Source: Candidatus Marinacidobacterium sp. | GTDB taxonomy: Bacteria; Acidobacteriota; Vicinamibacteria; Marinacidobacterales; Marinacidobacteraceae | NCBI GenBank assembly: GCA_965204755.1 | Contig: OZ242011.1 | Coordinates: 864,001-928,000, forward strand | Direction: 5' to 3' | DNA length: 64,000 bases | Shown here: one piece after another, positions 47,601 to 59,600 of the stretch | Layout: every line of letters begins with the position of its first letter | Numbering within the stretch: the first letter of the stretch is position 1 | The notes under the pieces: generated by a model | Seen by the model: the letters and a program-made list of their open reading frames with translations, nothing else | What the model was told of the DNA's origin: nothing | Database searches by the model: none | Program-made: the position numbers and the translations under genes

Positions 47601-50600
47601 TTGCGTGACCAACCCGGTCTGCGGTCTCGGACCGACCGCATCCGCCCCGCTGCCGTTCACCACATAGTCGCCGTCGTCGGTGACGGTGTGTTCCGCGGGG
47701 ATCCGCAGGTCGGCCGCCTGCCCGGCGCTCCCGGTGATGGCGCCGCCGTTCAGGGTCAGGGCGGAGGCCCCGACGCTGACCCCGTTCGGGTCGGCGTCCG
47801 CCGCCTGCACCGTGTAGGAGAAAGTGAGGCCGTCGAATCCCGAGTTCGAGGCGTCGTAGGCGGCCTGCCGCGTGTCGGCGCCGACGGCGAGCGCCAACTG
47901 CGGCGCTCCCGAGACCGTGATCGCCGAGTCGAAGTCCACCTGCACCCGGATCACATCCCCGGCGATGAAGGAGTCGCCCGCCCCCTGACCGGTCTGGAAC
48001 CCGAGCATCGTCAGGTCGCTGACCACCGGGGCGCGGGCGGCGGCGCCGTTCACGATGAAGTCGGCGGCGGCGGCGACGGCGTGGGGCCCGAAGCCCAGCG
48101 CGGCGGCGACGCTCCCGGCGCCGGCGATCGTCCCGCCGTTCAGGGCCAGCGCGGAGGCGCCGACGGAGACCCCGTCGGCGTCCCGGTCCGCCGAGACCAC
48201 GGTGTAGCGGAAGACCAGCGAGGCGGTCCCGCTGCCGGAGGCGTAGGCCGCCTGGCGGGTGTTCGCGCCGACGGTGAGCGCCACCTGCGGCGTCCCGGTA
48301 ACCGTTACCGGCTGGGAGTAGTCCACGGTTACCGAGATCGCGTCCCCGGCGCGGAAGACCCGGTTCCCGCCGGTCCCGCTGCCCGAGAGCGCCACCCCGG
48401 TAACCTGCGCGGCGACGGCCCCGTCCACCACGATGTCGGGGTCGTTCGCGACGGCGTGGTCGGCCAGCGCGTTCTCCAGGGTGACGGAGGTGTGCCGCCG
48501 GTTCCCGGCGTCGGCGATCGTCCCGCCGTTCAGGGCGAGGGCCGAAGCGCCCACGCCGATCCCGTTCACATCGGAGTCCGCCGCCGCCACCGTGTAGCGG
48601 AAGACCAGCGAAGTCGTCCCGCTGCCCGAGGAGTAGGCCGCCTGCCGGGTGGTCGCCCCGATCACCAGCGCCAACTGCGGCGTCCCGGTAACCGTCGCCG
48701 CCTCGTGGAACTCGAGGGTGGCCACGATCGCGTCCCCGGCGATGAACACCCCGCCGGGGCCGTTCGCGGTCCCGGAGAGGGTGAGCCCGGTAACCGCCGG
48801 GGGCCGCCGGTCGTTCCGGGCGCCGGAGTAGATGATGAAACCGCGGTATTGCGGCCGGACCAGCGTTCCCAGGCCGAGCGCCGCGGCGTTGTTCGCGCCG
48901 TCCCGGATCGTCCCGCCGTTCAGGGTCAGCGCCGAAGAAGCGATGCCGATCCCGTTGTGGTCCAGGTCCGAGGAGCCCACGGTGTAGCGGAACTCCGGGG
49001 TCGTCGTCCCGCTGCCGGAGGAATAGTCCGCCTGCCGGGTCGCCGAGCCGACGGTGAGCGCCACCTGCGGCGTCCCGGTAACCGTCACCTCCTCGTCGAA
49101 CTCGACCTCGACGACGATCACATCCCCCTGGGTGAAGGTCCCGCCCTCCTCGCTTCCCTCCCCGATTCCCGAGACGGTCACCCCGGCCACCGTCGGCGGC
49201 CGGGCGTCGGTCCCGTCCCCGTCCACCGCGATCTCGCCGTCGGTGATCGCGTGGGAACCCAGCCGCCGGTCGGCGTCGTTGCCCCCCCGGTCGCGGATCG
49301 TCCCGCCGTTCAGGTCGAGCGCGCTCGCCCCGATCCCGTTCGCGTCCTCGTCCCCGGAGGCCACGGTATAGACGAACTCGTGCGTCCGGCGGCGGCCGGT
49401 GGCGCTCACCCAGGCGGCGTGGCGGGTGGCGGCGGCCCCGGCCCCCACGGTCAGCGCCAGCCGGGGCGACCCGGTTACCGCCACCGGCTCGGAGAAGGTG
49501 ACCGTCGCCCGGATGCGGTCGCCGGCGATGAGCGCCCCGCCGGCGCCGTTCCCCGGGCCGTCGGAGGCCAGCGCCAGCCCGGCCACCTTCGCCGCCCGGG
49601 TGTCGGCGCCGTCGCCGTCCACCACCTGCAGGCCGAAGGTGGAGCCGCCGTCCCGCAGGGCGTTCTGGCCGCTGTCCACGATCCTCCCGCCGTTCAGCCG
49701 GAACTTCGGGTCGGCCAGGCGCAGTTCGGTCGTGGCGTCCGCGGTCTGCACCTCGTAGCGGAACCGGAGCATCGCGGTCTCGTCGCCGGAGGCGTAGTCG
49801 GCGTAGCGGGCGCCGCCGATGGTCAGCGCCAACTGCGGATAGAGCGATGTCCCCCGGCTGATGAAGACCGGCTGGGTGGTCTCGACCACGAACTCGATGA
49901 CATCCCCGGCGATGAAGGCCCGGTTCGCGTCGGTCCCCCCGTTGGCCGCGCCGCCCCAGGTGATGGTCCTGATTTCCGCCGGGTCGGCGTCCCCGGCGTC
50001 GCCGTCCACCTTGAAGGCGGGGTCGTCGGAAACCGCGTGGTCTCCCAGGTCGAGCGCGGCGGCGTTGCCGGCGGCGTCGGCGAGCGCCGCGCCCGAGAGG
50101 TCGTGCCCGGTGGCCGGGATGCTGATCCCGTTCGCGTCCTCGGTGTTGTAGTAGCCCACCTGGTAGCGGAAGACCAACTCCCTCGTCCCGCTGCCCGACT
50201 GGTACACCGCCCGGTAGGCCCGCGTCCCGACCATGACGGTGAGCCGCGGCTGTCCGGTAACCGTCACCGGCTCGTGGAACTCGACGGTGATCCGGATCCG
50301 GTCCCGGTCGATATAGACCCCGTCCGCGCCCTGCGGCGCCGGCTCGACCTTCGCCAGCGACACCCCGACCACCTTCGGGGCGACGGTGTCCGTCCCGCCC
50401 CCGGCGACCGCGTAGCCGGCCTGGTCGGGGAGGGCGTGGCTGCCGAGGCCGAGGACCGCCGCGTTCCCGGCGTCGTCGGCGATCGATCCGCCGTTCAGCG
50501 TGAGCGCCGAAGCGCCGACGGAGACGCCGTTCGCGTCGGCGTCGCCGGAGACGACGGCGTAGCGGAAGACCAGTTCGTCGGTCCCGCTGCCGGAGGCGTA

Positions 50601-53600
50601 GTCCGCCTGCCGGGCGTTCGCGCCGATCGTGAGCGCCAGTTGCGGGGTCCCGGTAACCGTTACCGGTTCGTGGAACTCCACGGTTACCTCGATCCGGTCG
50701 CCGGCGATGAAGGCGCCGCCGGCGGCGTTCCCGGTCCCGGAGAGCGCCACCCCGGTAACCGTCGGGTGGGCGAGTTCCGCCGCGCTCCCGTCCACCGTGA
50801 AGTCCGGGTCGTCGGCGATCGCGTGGGTCCCGAGCGCCGGGGCCGCGTCGTTCGGCGTGGCCGCCCCGTCGGTGATCGCGCCGCCGTTCAGGGCGAGCGC
50901 CGAAGCGCCGACGGAGACCCCGTTCGCGTCGGTGTCGGTGGCGGCGACGGCGTAGCGGAAGACCAGCGCGGTCGTCCCGCTGCCGGAGGCGTAGTCCGCC
51001 TGCCGGGTGGCCGCGCCGATCGTCAGCGCGACCTGCGGGGTCCCGGTAACCGTCGCCGCCTCGTCGAACTCCACGGTTACCTCGATCTCGTCGCCGGCGC
51101 GGAAGACCCCGGAGTCCGCCGTCCCGGTTCCCGAAAGGGAGACGCCGGACACCTTCGGGCCGCGGGCGTCGGCGGCGCCCCCGTCCACCCGGAAGCCGGC
51201 CCGGTCGCGGATCGCGTGGAGGCCGAGGCCGAGCGCCGCGTCGTTCGGCGCCGGGTCGCCCTGCGCGTCGGTCGCGTCGTCCCGGATCGTCCCGCCGTTC
51301 AGCCCGAGCGCCGAGGAGGGGACGCTGACCCCGTTCGGATCGAGGTCCCCGGCGACCACGGCGTAGGCGAAGACCAGCGCCGCCGTCCCGCTGCCGGAGG
51401 AGTAGGCCGCCTGCCGGATCGTCGTCCCCACGGTGAGGGCCAACTGCGGGGTCCCGGTAACCGTTACCGCTTCGCTGAAGGTGACCGTCGCCTCGATCCG
51501 GTCGCCGGCGCGGAAGACGCCGCCCGCGCCCTGCGGCGCCGGGGCGGCGCCCGAGAGCGCGACCCCGGTAACCGTCGGCGACCGGGTGTCCGTCCCGTCC
51601 CCGTCCACCACCCGGTCGCCGTCGGTGATCGCGCGGGTTCCGAGGCCCAGCGCGGCGGCGTTCCCGCCGGCGTCGGCGATCGACCCGCCGTTCAGGGCGA
51701 GCGCCGAAGCGGCCACGCTGACCCCGTCCCCGTCCTCGTCCCCGGAGACGACGGTGTAGGCGAAGACCAGCGACGCCGTCCCGCTGCCCGAGGCGTAGTC
51801 CGCCTGCCGGGTGGCCGCCCCGATCCCGAGCGCCACCTGCGGCGTCCCGGTAACCGTTACCGGCTCGCTGAAGGTGACCGCCGCTTCCAGCCGGTCGCCG
51901 GCGATGAAGGCGCCGGAAGTTCCCGACCCGGTCCCGGAGAGGGCCAGGCCGGTAACCGTCGGGGCGACCGCGTCCGCCGCGGCCCCGGCCACCGTGAAGT
52001 CCGCGTCGTCGGCGACCGCGTGGGCGCCGAGGCCGAGCGAGGCGGCGTTCCCGGCGGCGTCGGCGATCGTCCCGCCGTTCAGCGAGAGCGCCGAGGCGCC
52101 GACGCTGATCCCGTCGGGGTCGGAGTCCCCGGCGGCCACGGTGTAGGCGAAGACCGGCGAACTCGCCCCGCCGCCGGGGACGAACGCCGCCGTCCGGGCG
52201 GCCGCCCCGACGGTGAGCGTCAACTGCGGGCTGCCGGTAACGGTCAGCGCTTCGTGGAAGTCCACGGCGGCCTCGATCCGGTCGCCGGCCCGGAACGCGC
52301 CGCCCGCGCCGGTCCCGGTCCCGGAGAGCGAGACGCCGGTGACCCGGGGGCCGACCAGGTCCTGCCGGGCCCCCGCCACCCGGAAGCGGAAGTCGTCCGC
52401 CGCCGCGAACCGGGCGAGGGAGAGGGTGGCGCCGGTCCCGGCGTCGGTCGCGGCGTTCCCGGCGGCGTCGGCGATCGTCCCGCCGTTCAGCGAAAGCGCC
52501 GAAGCGCCGACCGAGATCCCGTCGGGGTCGGCGTCGGCGGCCGCCACGGCGTAGGTGAACCGCAGGGTGGTCGTCCCGCTGCCGGAGGCGTAGGCCGCCT
52601 GCCGGGTGTTCGCGCCGACGCCCAGCGCCACCTGCGGGGTTCCGGTAACGGTGGCCGCCTCGTTGAACTCCACTTCCACGGTGATCTCGTCGCCGGCGAT
52701 GAAGACCTCGCCGTCCCCGGCGTTCCCCACCCCGGAGAGCGCCAGCCCGACCACCGCCGGGCCGGTGGCGTCGGCGGCGGCGCCGTCCACCGCCAGCGCC
52801 GGGTTGTTGTGGACCGGGGCGCTGCCGACCAGGAGCAGGTTCGCGGCGCCGTCGGAGTCGCCGATCGTCCCGCCGTTCAGCGCGAGCGCCGAGACGCCGA
52901 TCCCGATCCCGTCGGGGTCGGAGTCGGCGGCGGCCACGGTGTAGCGGAAGGCCAGGGTGGTCGTCCCGCTGCCGGCGGCGTAGGCCGCCTGCCGGAAGAC
53001 CGCCCCGATTTCGATCTCCACCTGCGGGGTCCCGCCGGCGGTGTCCACCGTCGCCGGCTGGTCGAACTCCACCCGGACCTCGATCGCGTCCCCGGCGAGG
53101 AAGGAGCCGCCGGGGCCCCGCCCGCTCCGGGGGACGCTGACGCCGACCACCCGGGGCGGGCCGCCGTCCCCGTCCACGACAGTCCCCGGGTCGTTCGTAA
53201 CGGCGTAGCCGGCGAGGCTCGGGTTCACCGGGACGCCGCCGCCGGTGATCGAGCCGCCGGCCGGGTCGAGCGCCGAGGCGCCGATGCTGACGCCGTCCGC
53301 GTCCCGGTCCTCCACCCGGACCCGGTAGCCGAAGGCGACCAGGGCCGAGTGGCTGGAGGCCGGGTTGTACGCCGCGTAGCGGGTCTCGTCCCCGATCTGC
53401 AGCGCCACCCGCGGCGAGCCGGTTACGACCAGCGGGGTGGAGGAGAAGACCAGCCGGACGGTGATCCGGTCGCCGCCCACCAGCGTCCCGGAGGGCCCGG
53501 AGGCGCGCCGGTCGAGGGTCAGCGAGGTCAGCGTCGGCCCCACCGAGGCCGCCGCGCCGTCCACCTCGAAGTCGTCGTCGTCGGCGACGGCGTGGGCGCC

Positions 53601-56600
53601 GAGGCCGAGGAGCGCCGGGTGGGCCGCGCTCGAGCGGTCGAGGATGGTCCCGCCGTTCAGGGTCAGCGCCGAGGCGCCCACGGAGATCCCGTTCGGGTCG
53701 GCGTCGGCGGCGGCCACGGTGTAGCGGAAGACCAGGGCGGTCGTCCCGCTCCCGGCGGCGTAGTCCGCCTGCCGGGTCGCCGCCCCGACGGTGAGCGCGA
53801 GTTGCGGGGTCCCGGTTACCGCCACCGGCTCGCTGAAGGTGATCGTGGCCGAGACCAGGTCCCCGGCGCGGAAGACCCCGTCGGCGGCGCTCCCGGTCCC
53901 GCAGGCCGCGACCGGGCAGAGCGCCGCGTCGACGACCGTCGGGGCGGTCGCGTCCGCCGCGGCGCCGTCCACGGTGAAGGCGGGGGCGTCGGGGATCGCG
54001 TGGACGCCGAGGCCGAGTTCCGCGGCGTTGCCGTCGGCGTCGGAGATCGTCCCGCCGTTCAGCGCGAGCGCCGAAGCGCCGACGGAGACGCCGTCCGGGT
54101 CGGCGTCGGCGGCGGCCACCGCGTAGCGGAACTCCAGCGTGGTCGTCCCGTCGCCGCGGCGGTAGTCCGCCTGCCGGGCGGCCGCCCCGACGGTGATCGC
54201 CAACTGCGGGGTCCCGACCACCTCCACCGGCTGGTCGAACTCCACCAGGACTTCGATCGCGTCGCCGGCGATGAAGACCCCGTTCGCGCCCTGGCCGGTC
54301 CCCGACAGATTCGCCCCGGCCACCTTCGGGGCGCCGCCGTCCCCGTCCACGACGAAGGCCGGGTCGTCGGCCATCGCCGGGACGGGCGCGCCCGGGGCGA
54401 GGTCGCCGTCGGAGTCCCCGATGCTCCCCCCGTTCAGGGTCAGCGCGTCGGCGGCGACGCTGACGCCGTTCGCGTCTTCGTCCGCCCCGGCCACGGTGTA
54501 GCGGAACGAGAGCGCGGTCGTCCCGCTGCCGGAGGCGTAGTCCGCCGGCCGGGCGGCGGCGCCGACGGTGAGCGCCAGCCGCGGGGTCCCGCCCGAGGTG
54601 TCCACCGTCGCCGGCTGGTCGAACGCCACCCGCGCTTCGAGGAGGTCGCCGGCGAGGAAGACGCCGCCCGGCCCGCTCCCGGTCCCCGAGAGGGTGACCC
54701 CGGTGGCCCGGGGGACGCCGGCGTCCCCGTCCACCCGGAAGTCCCGGTCCGCCGCCGCCGAGTGGCCGCCCAGGTCGAGCGTCGGGTTCCCCGCCCGGTC
54801 GGCGATCCGCCCCCCGTTCAGCAGGAGCGCCCAGGTCCCCACCGCGACCCCGTCCGGGGCGGCGTCGGAGGCGGCCACCCGGTAGCGGAAGACCAGCGAG
54901 GCGGTCCCGCTGCCGGAGGCGTAGGAGGCCCGGCGGGTCCCGGTCCCGACGGTTACCGCCACCTGCGGGGTCCCGGCAACCGCCGCCGGCTCGTCGAGGG
55001 CCACCCGGACCTCGAGGGCGTCCCCGGCGACGAAGACGCCGCCGGCGCCGGTCCCGGTCCCCGAGAGCGAGACGCCGGTGACCCTCGGGGAGCGGACATC
55101 GTCGCCGCCCCCCCGCACCGAGAAGCCGACCGCGTCCCGGACCGCGTGGGCGCCGAGGCCGAGCGCGGCGGCGTTGTCGGCGCGGTCCCGGATCGCCGCG
55201 CCGTCCGGCAGCGTGAGCGCCGAAGCGCCGACGGAGACGCCGTCCGGGTCGGCGTCGGAGGCGGCCACGGCGTAGCGGAAGAGCAGCGAGGCGGTCCCGC
55301 CGCCGGAGGCGTAGGCCGCCTGGCGGACGGCGCCGCCGACGGCCAGCGCCAGCCGGGGGCTTCCGGTGACGCTCACCGGCTCGCTGAACTCGACGGCGGC
55401 CTCGATCCGGTCGCCGGCGATGAAGACGCCGCTCGCGCCCTGGCCGGTCCCGCGGAGCGAGAGGCCGACCACCGCGGGGCCGGTCCGGTCGGCGGCGGCG
55501 CCGTCCACCGGGAAGCCCGGGGCGTTCGCCGCCGCGTGGTCACCGAGGCCGAGGACCGCGGCGTTCCCCCCGGCGTCCCGGATCGCCGCGCCGTCCGGCA
55601 GCGTGAGCGCCGCCGCCGCGACGCCGATCCCGTTCGGGGCCCGGTCCGCCGAGACCACCTCGTAGGCGAAGACGGCGGTCGTCGTCCCGCTGCCGGAGGC
55701 GTACGCCGCCGGCCGGGTGTTCGCGCCGACGGTGATCCCGACCTGCGGCGCCCCGGTAACGGTTACCGGCTCGGAGAACTCCACGGCCACCTCGATCCGG
55801 TCGCCGGCGATGAAGGCGCCGCCCGGCCCCTGCGGGCGGCCCCCGATCTCCAGGCCGGTAACCGTCGGGGCGAGGGCGTCCGCCGCGCTCCCGTCCACGA
55901 CCGGGCCGCCGTCCCCGATCCGGTGCTCGCCGAGGCCGAGCCTCGCCGGGTTGTTCGCGGCGTCCACGATGGCCCCGCCGGCGGCGGTCAGCGCCGAGGC
56001 CGGGACCCCGACCCCGTCCGGGTCGGCGTCGGAGGCGGCCACCTGGTAGCGGAACAGGAGCGAAGTCGTCCCGCTGCCGGAGAGGTAGGCCGCCCGGCGG
56101 GTGGCCGCCCCGACCGAGAGCGCGAGCCGGGGGCTCCCGGTAACGGTTACCCGCTCGCTGAACTCCACGGCGGCCTCGATCCGGTCGCCGGCGAGGAGGA
56201 CGCCCCCCGCGCCCCGCCCCCGGCCGGAGAGCGTGAGGCCGGTTACCGCCGGGCGGACCGCGTCGGCGGCGGTCCCCTCCACCGGGAAGTCCGGGTGGTC
56301 GGCCACCGCGTGGGCGCCGAGGCCGAGCGAGGCGGCGTTCCCGGAGGCGTCGGCGATCGTCCCGCCGTTCAGCGACAGCGCCGAGGCGGGGACGCCCACC
56401 CCGTTCGGGTCGGCGTCGGAGGCGGCCACCCGGTAGCGGAACGAGAGGGCGGCGGTCCCGCCGCCGGCGGCGTAGTCCGCCCGGCGGGCGTTCGCCCCGA
56501 CGGTGATCTCCGCCTGCGGGGTCCCGGTAACGGTTACCGGCTCGGCGAACTCGACCGTTACCGCGATCTCGTCCCCGGCGATGAAGACGCCGTTCGCGCC

Positions 56601-59600
56601 CTGGGCGGCCCCGGAGAGCGAGACGCCGACCACCGCCGGCCCGAGGGCGTCGGCGGCGGCGCCGTCCACCGTGAAGTCCGGGTCGGCGGTGATGGAGCGC
56701 TCGCCGAGGCCGAGCGCCGCGGCGTTCCCCGCGGCGTCGCGGATCGTCCCGCCGCTGCGGGTGAGCGCCGCCGCGCCGACCCCGATCCCGTCGAGGTCCC
56801 GGTCGCCGGCGGCCACCGCGTAGCGGAACGAGAGCGCGGTCGTCCCGCCGCCGGCGGCGTAGTCCGCCCGGCGGGCCGCCGCCCCGACGGTGATCTCTAC
56901 CTGCGGCGTCCCGGTAACCGCCACCGCCTCGTCGAACTCGACGGTTACCCCGATTTCGTCGCCGGCGATGAAGACGCCGTTCGCGCCCTGCCCGGCCCCG
57001 GAGAGCGAGACCCCGACCACCTTCGGGGCGACCGTGTCCCGGAGGCCGCCGTTGACCGGGAAGTCGGGGTGGCGCGGCGACGCGTGGGCGCCCAGGCCGA
57101 GCGCGGCGGCGTTCCCGGCGGCGTCGGCGATGCTCCCGCCGTCCGGCGAGAGCGCGGAGGCCCCGAGGCCGATCCCGTTCGGGTCGGCGTCGCCGGCGGC
57201 CACGGTGTAGCGGAAGACCGGCGAAGCGGTGCCGCTGCCGGAGGCGTACGGCGCGCGGCGGGTGGCCGCTCCGACGGAGACGGAAAGGCGCGGCGTCCCG
57301 CTGACCGTTACCGGTTCGTCGAACTCCACGGTGATCTCGATCCGGTCGCCGGCGACGAAGACGCCGTCGGCGCCGTTCGGGCGGCCGGCCAGCGAGACGC
57401 CGACCACCGCCGGGGCGCGCCGGTCGGCGGCGCCGCCGGACACCCGGACCCGGCGGTCGTCGGTTACCGCGTGGGCGCCGAGGTCGAGGACGGCGGCGGT
57501 GTTCGCGGCGTCCAGGATCGTCCCGCCTTCCAGCGTCAGCGCGGACGCGGCGACGCCGACCCCGTCGAGGTCGGCGTCGGCGGCGACCACTTCGTAGGCG
57601 AAGACCAGGGTCGTCGTCCCGCTGCCGGAGGCGTAGTCGGCGCGGCGGGCGGTCCGGTCCACCGCGATCTCCACCTGCGGCGCCCCGGTAACGGTTACCG
57701 GCTCGCTGAACTCCACGGCTACCTCGATCCGGTCGCCGGCGCGGAACACCCCGCCGACGCCCTGCGGGGTCCCGGACAGGCCCACCCCGACCACCGTCGG
57801 CGCGGCGGCGTCGGCGGCGCTCCCGTCCACCGCCGGGCCGCCGTCGCTCACCGCGTGGGCGCCGAGGCCGGGCGAGGCGTCGTTCCCGGCGGCGTCGGCG
57901 ATGCTCCCGCCGCCGAGGGCGAGCGCCGAGGGGCCGATGCTGATCCCGTCCGGGTCGGCGTCCGTCCCGGCCACGGCGTAGCGGAAGAGCGCCGAAGCGG
58001 TCCCGCTCCCGGAGACATACGCCGCGTAGCGGACGGCGGCGCCGACGGAGAGCGCGAGGCGCGGCGTCCCGGTAACGGTTACCGGCTCGCTGAACTCGAC
58101 GGTTACCTCGATGGCGTCGCCGGCGATGAAGACCTCGGCGCCCTCCCGGCGGCCCCGCGCCGTCCCGGAGACCGTTACCCCGACCACCGCCGGGGCCGCC
58201 TCGTCCGCCTTCGACCCGTCCACCCGGAGGTCGGGGTCGGCGGCGAAGGCGTGGTCGCCGAGGCCGATCTCCGCCGCCCGGCCCGAGGCGTCGGCGATCG
58301 TCGCGCCGGCGAGGACCAGCGCGGCGGGGGCGATCCCGATCCCGTCCGGGGCCCGGTCGGCCCGCGCCACCCGGTAGCGGAACACCAGAGCGGTCGTCCC
58401 GCTGCCGGAGACATACGCCGCCCGGCGGACGGCGGCGCCGACCCGGACTTCCAGTTGCGGCGTCCCGCTGACCGTTACCGGCTCGTGGAACTCCACGGTC
58501 GCCTCGAGGGCGTCGCCGGCGATGAAGACGCCGCCTTCGCCCTGCGGGGTCCCGGAGACGCCGAGCCCGACCACCGCCGGGGCGCGGACATCGGCGGCGC
58601 TCCCGTCCACCCGGATTTCGGGGTCGGCGGCGACGGCGTGGCTCCCGAGGCCGAGGGACGCGGCGTTCCCTGCGTCGTCGGCGATGCCGCCGCCGTTCGG
58701 GGTGAGCGCCGAAGCGCCGGCGCCGATCCCGTCGGCGTCCCGGTCGGCGGCGGCCACGGTGTAGCGGAAGACCAGCGCCGCCGTCCCGCTGCCGGAGGCG
58801 TAGTCCGCCTGCCGGGTGGCCGCGCCGACGGCGAGGGCGAGCCGCGGGGTCCCGGTAACCGTTACCGGCTCGCTGAACCCGACGGTCGCTTCGATCCCGT
58901 CCCCGGCGATGAAGAGGCCGCCGGCGCCTTCGGCGGACCCGGAGAAGGCCAGCGAGACCACCGTCGGCGCGAGGTCCGCCCCGCCCCCGTCCACCGCCGG
59001 GCCGCCGCCGTTCGCGACGGCGTGGCTGCCGAGGGCGAGGACCGCCGGGTTGTTCGAGCGGTCGGCGACGGCGCCGAGCCCCGGGTCGAGCCCGGTAACG
59101 GCGATCCCGTCGGAGTCCCGGTCGGCGCGGGTGACGGTGTAGCGGAAGACCGGCGAGCGGGTCCCGCTGCCGGAGGCGTAGGCCGCGCGGCGGGCGGCGG
59201 CGCCGATCGTCAACTCCGCCCCGGGAGCGCCGGTTACGACCACCGGCTCGTCGAACTCGACGGTTACCTCGATCCCGTCCCCGGCGATGAAGACGCCGTT
59301 CGCGCCCCGGGCGGTCCCGGAGACCGAGACGCGGACCACCGCCGGGGGCCGGGCGTCGCGGAGGTCGCCGTCCACCCGGAAGCCGGCGGCGCCGGCGACC
59401 GCGTGGCGGCCCAGGCCGAGCGCGGCGTCGTTGCCGGCGGCGTCGCGGATCGTCCCGCCGTTCGGCGCGAGCGCCGAGGCGGGGAGGCCGATGCCGTCGG
59501 AGTCCTCGTCGGCGGCGGCCACGAGGTAGCGGAAGACCGCGGTGGCCGTCCCGCTGCCGGAGACGAAGTCCGCGCGGCGGGTCGAGCGGCCGACGGCGAG

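Noticed and set aside
18028-51305. Diversity-generating retroelement template/variable repeat pair
   Set aside because: The near-identical patches show no adenine-specific mismatch pattern and no reverse transcriptase is in the window.
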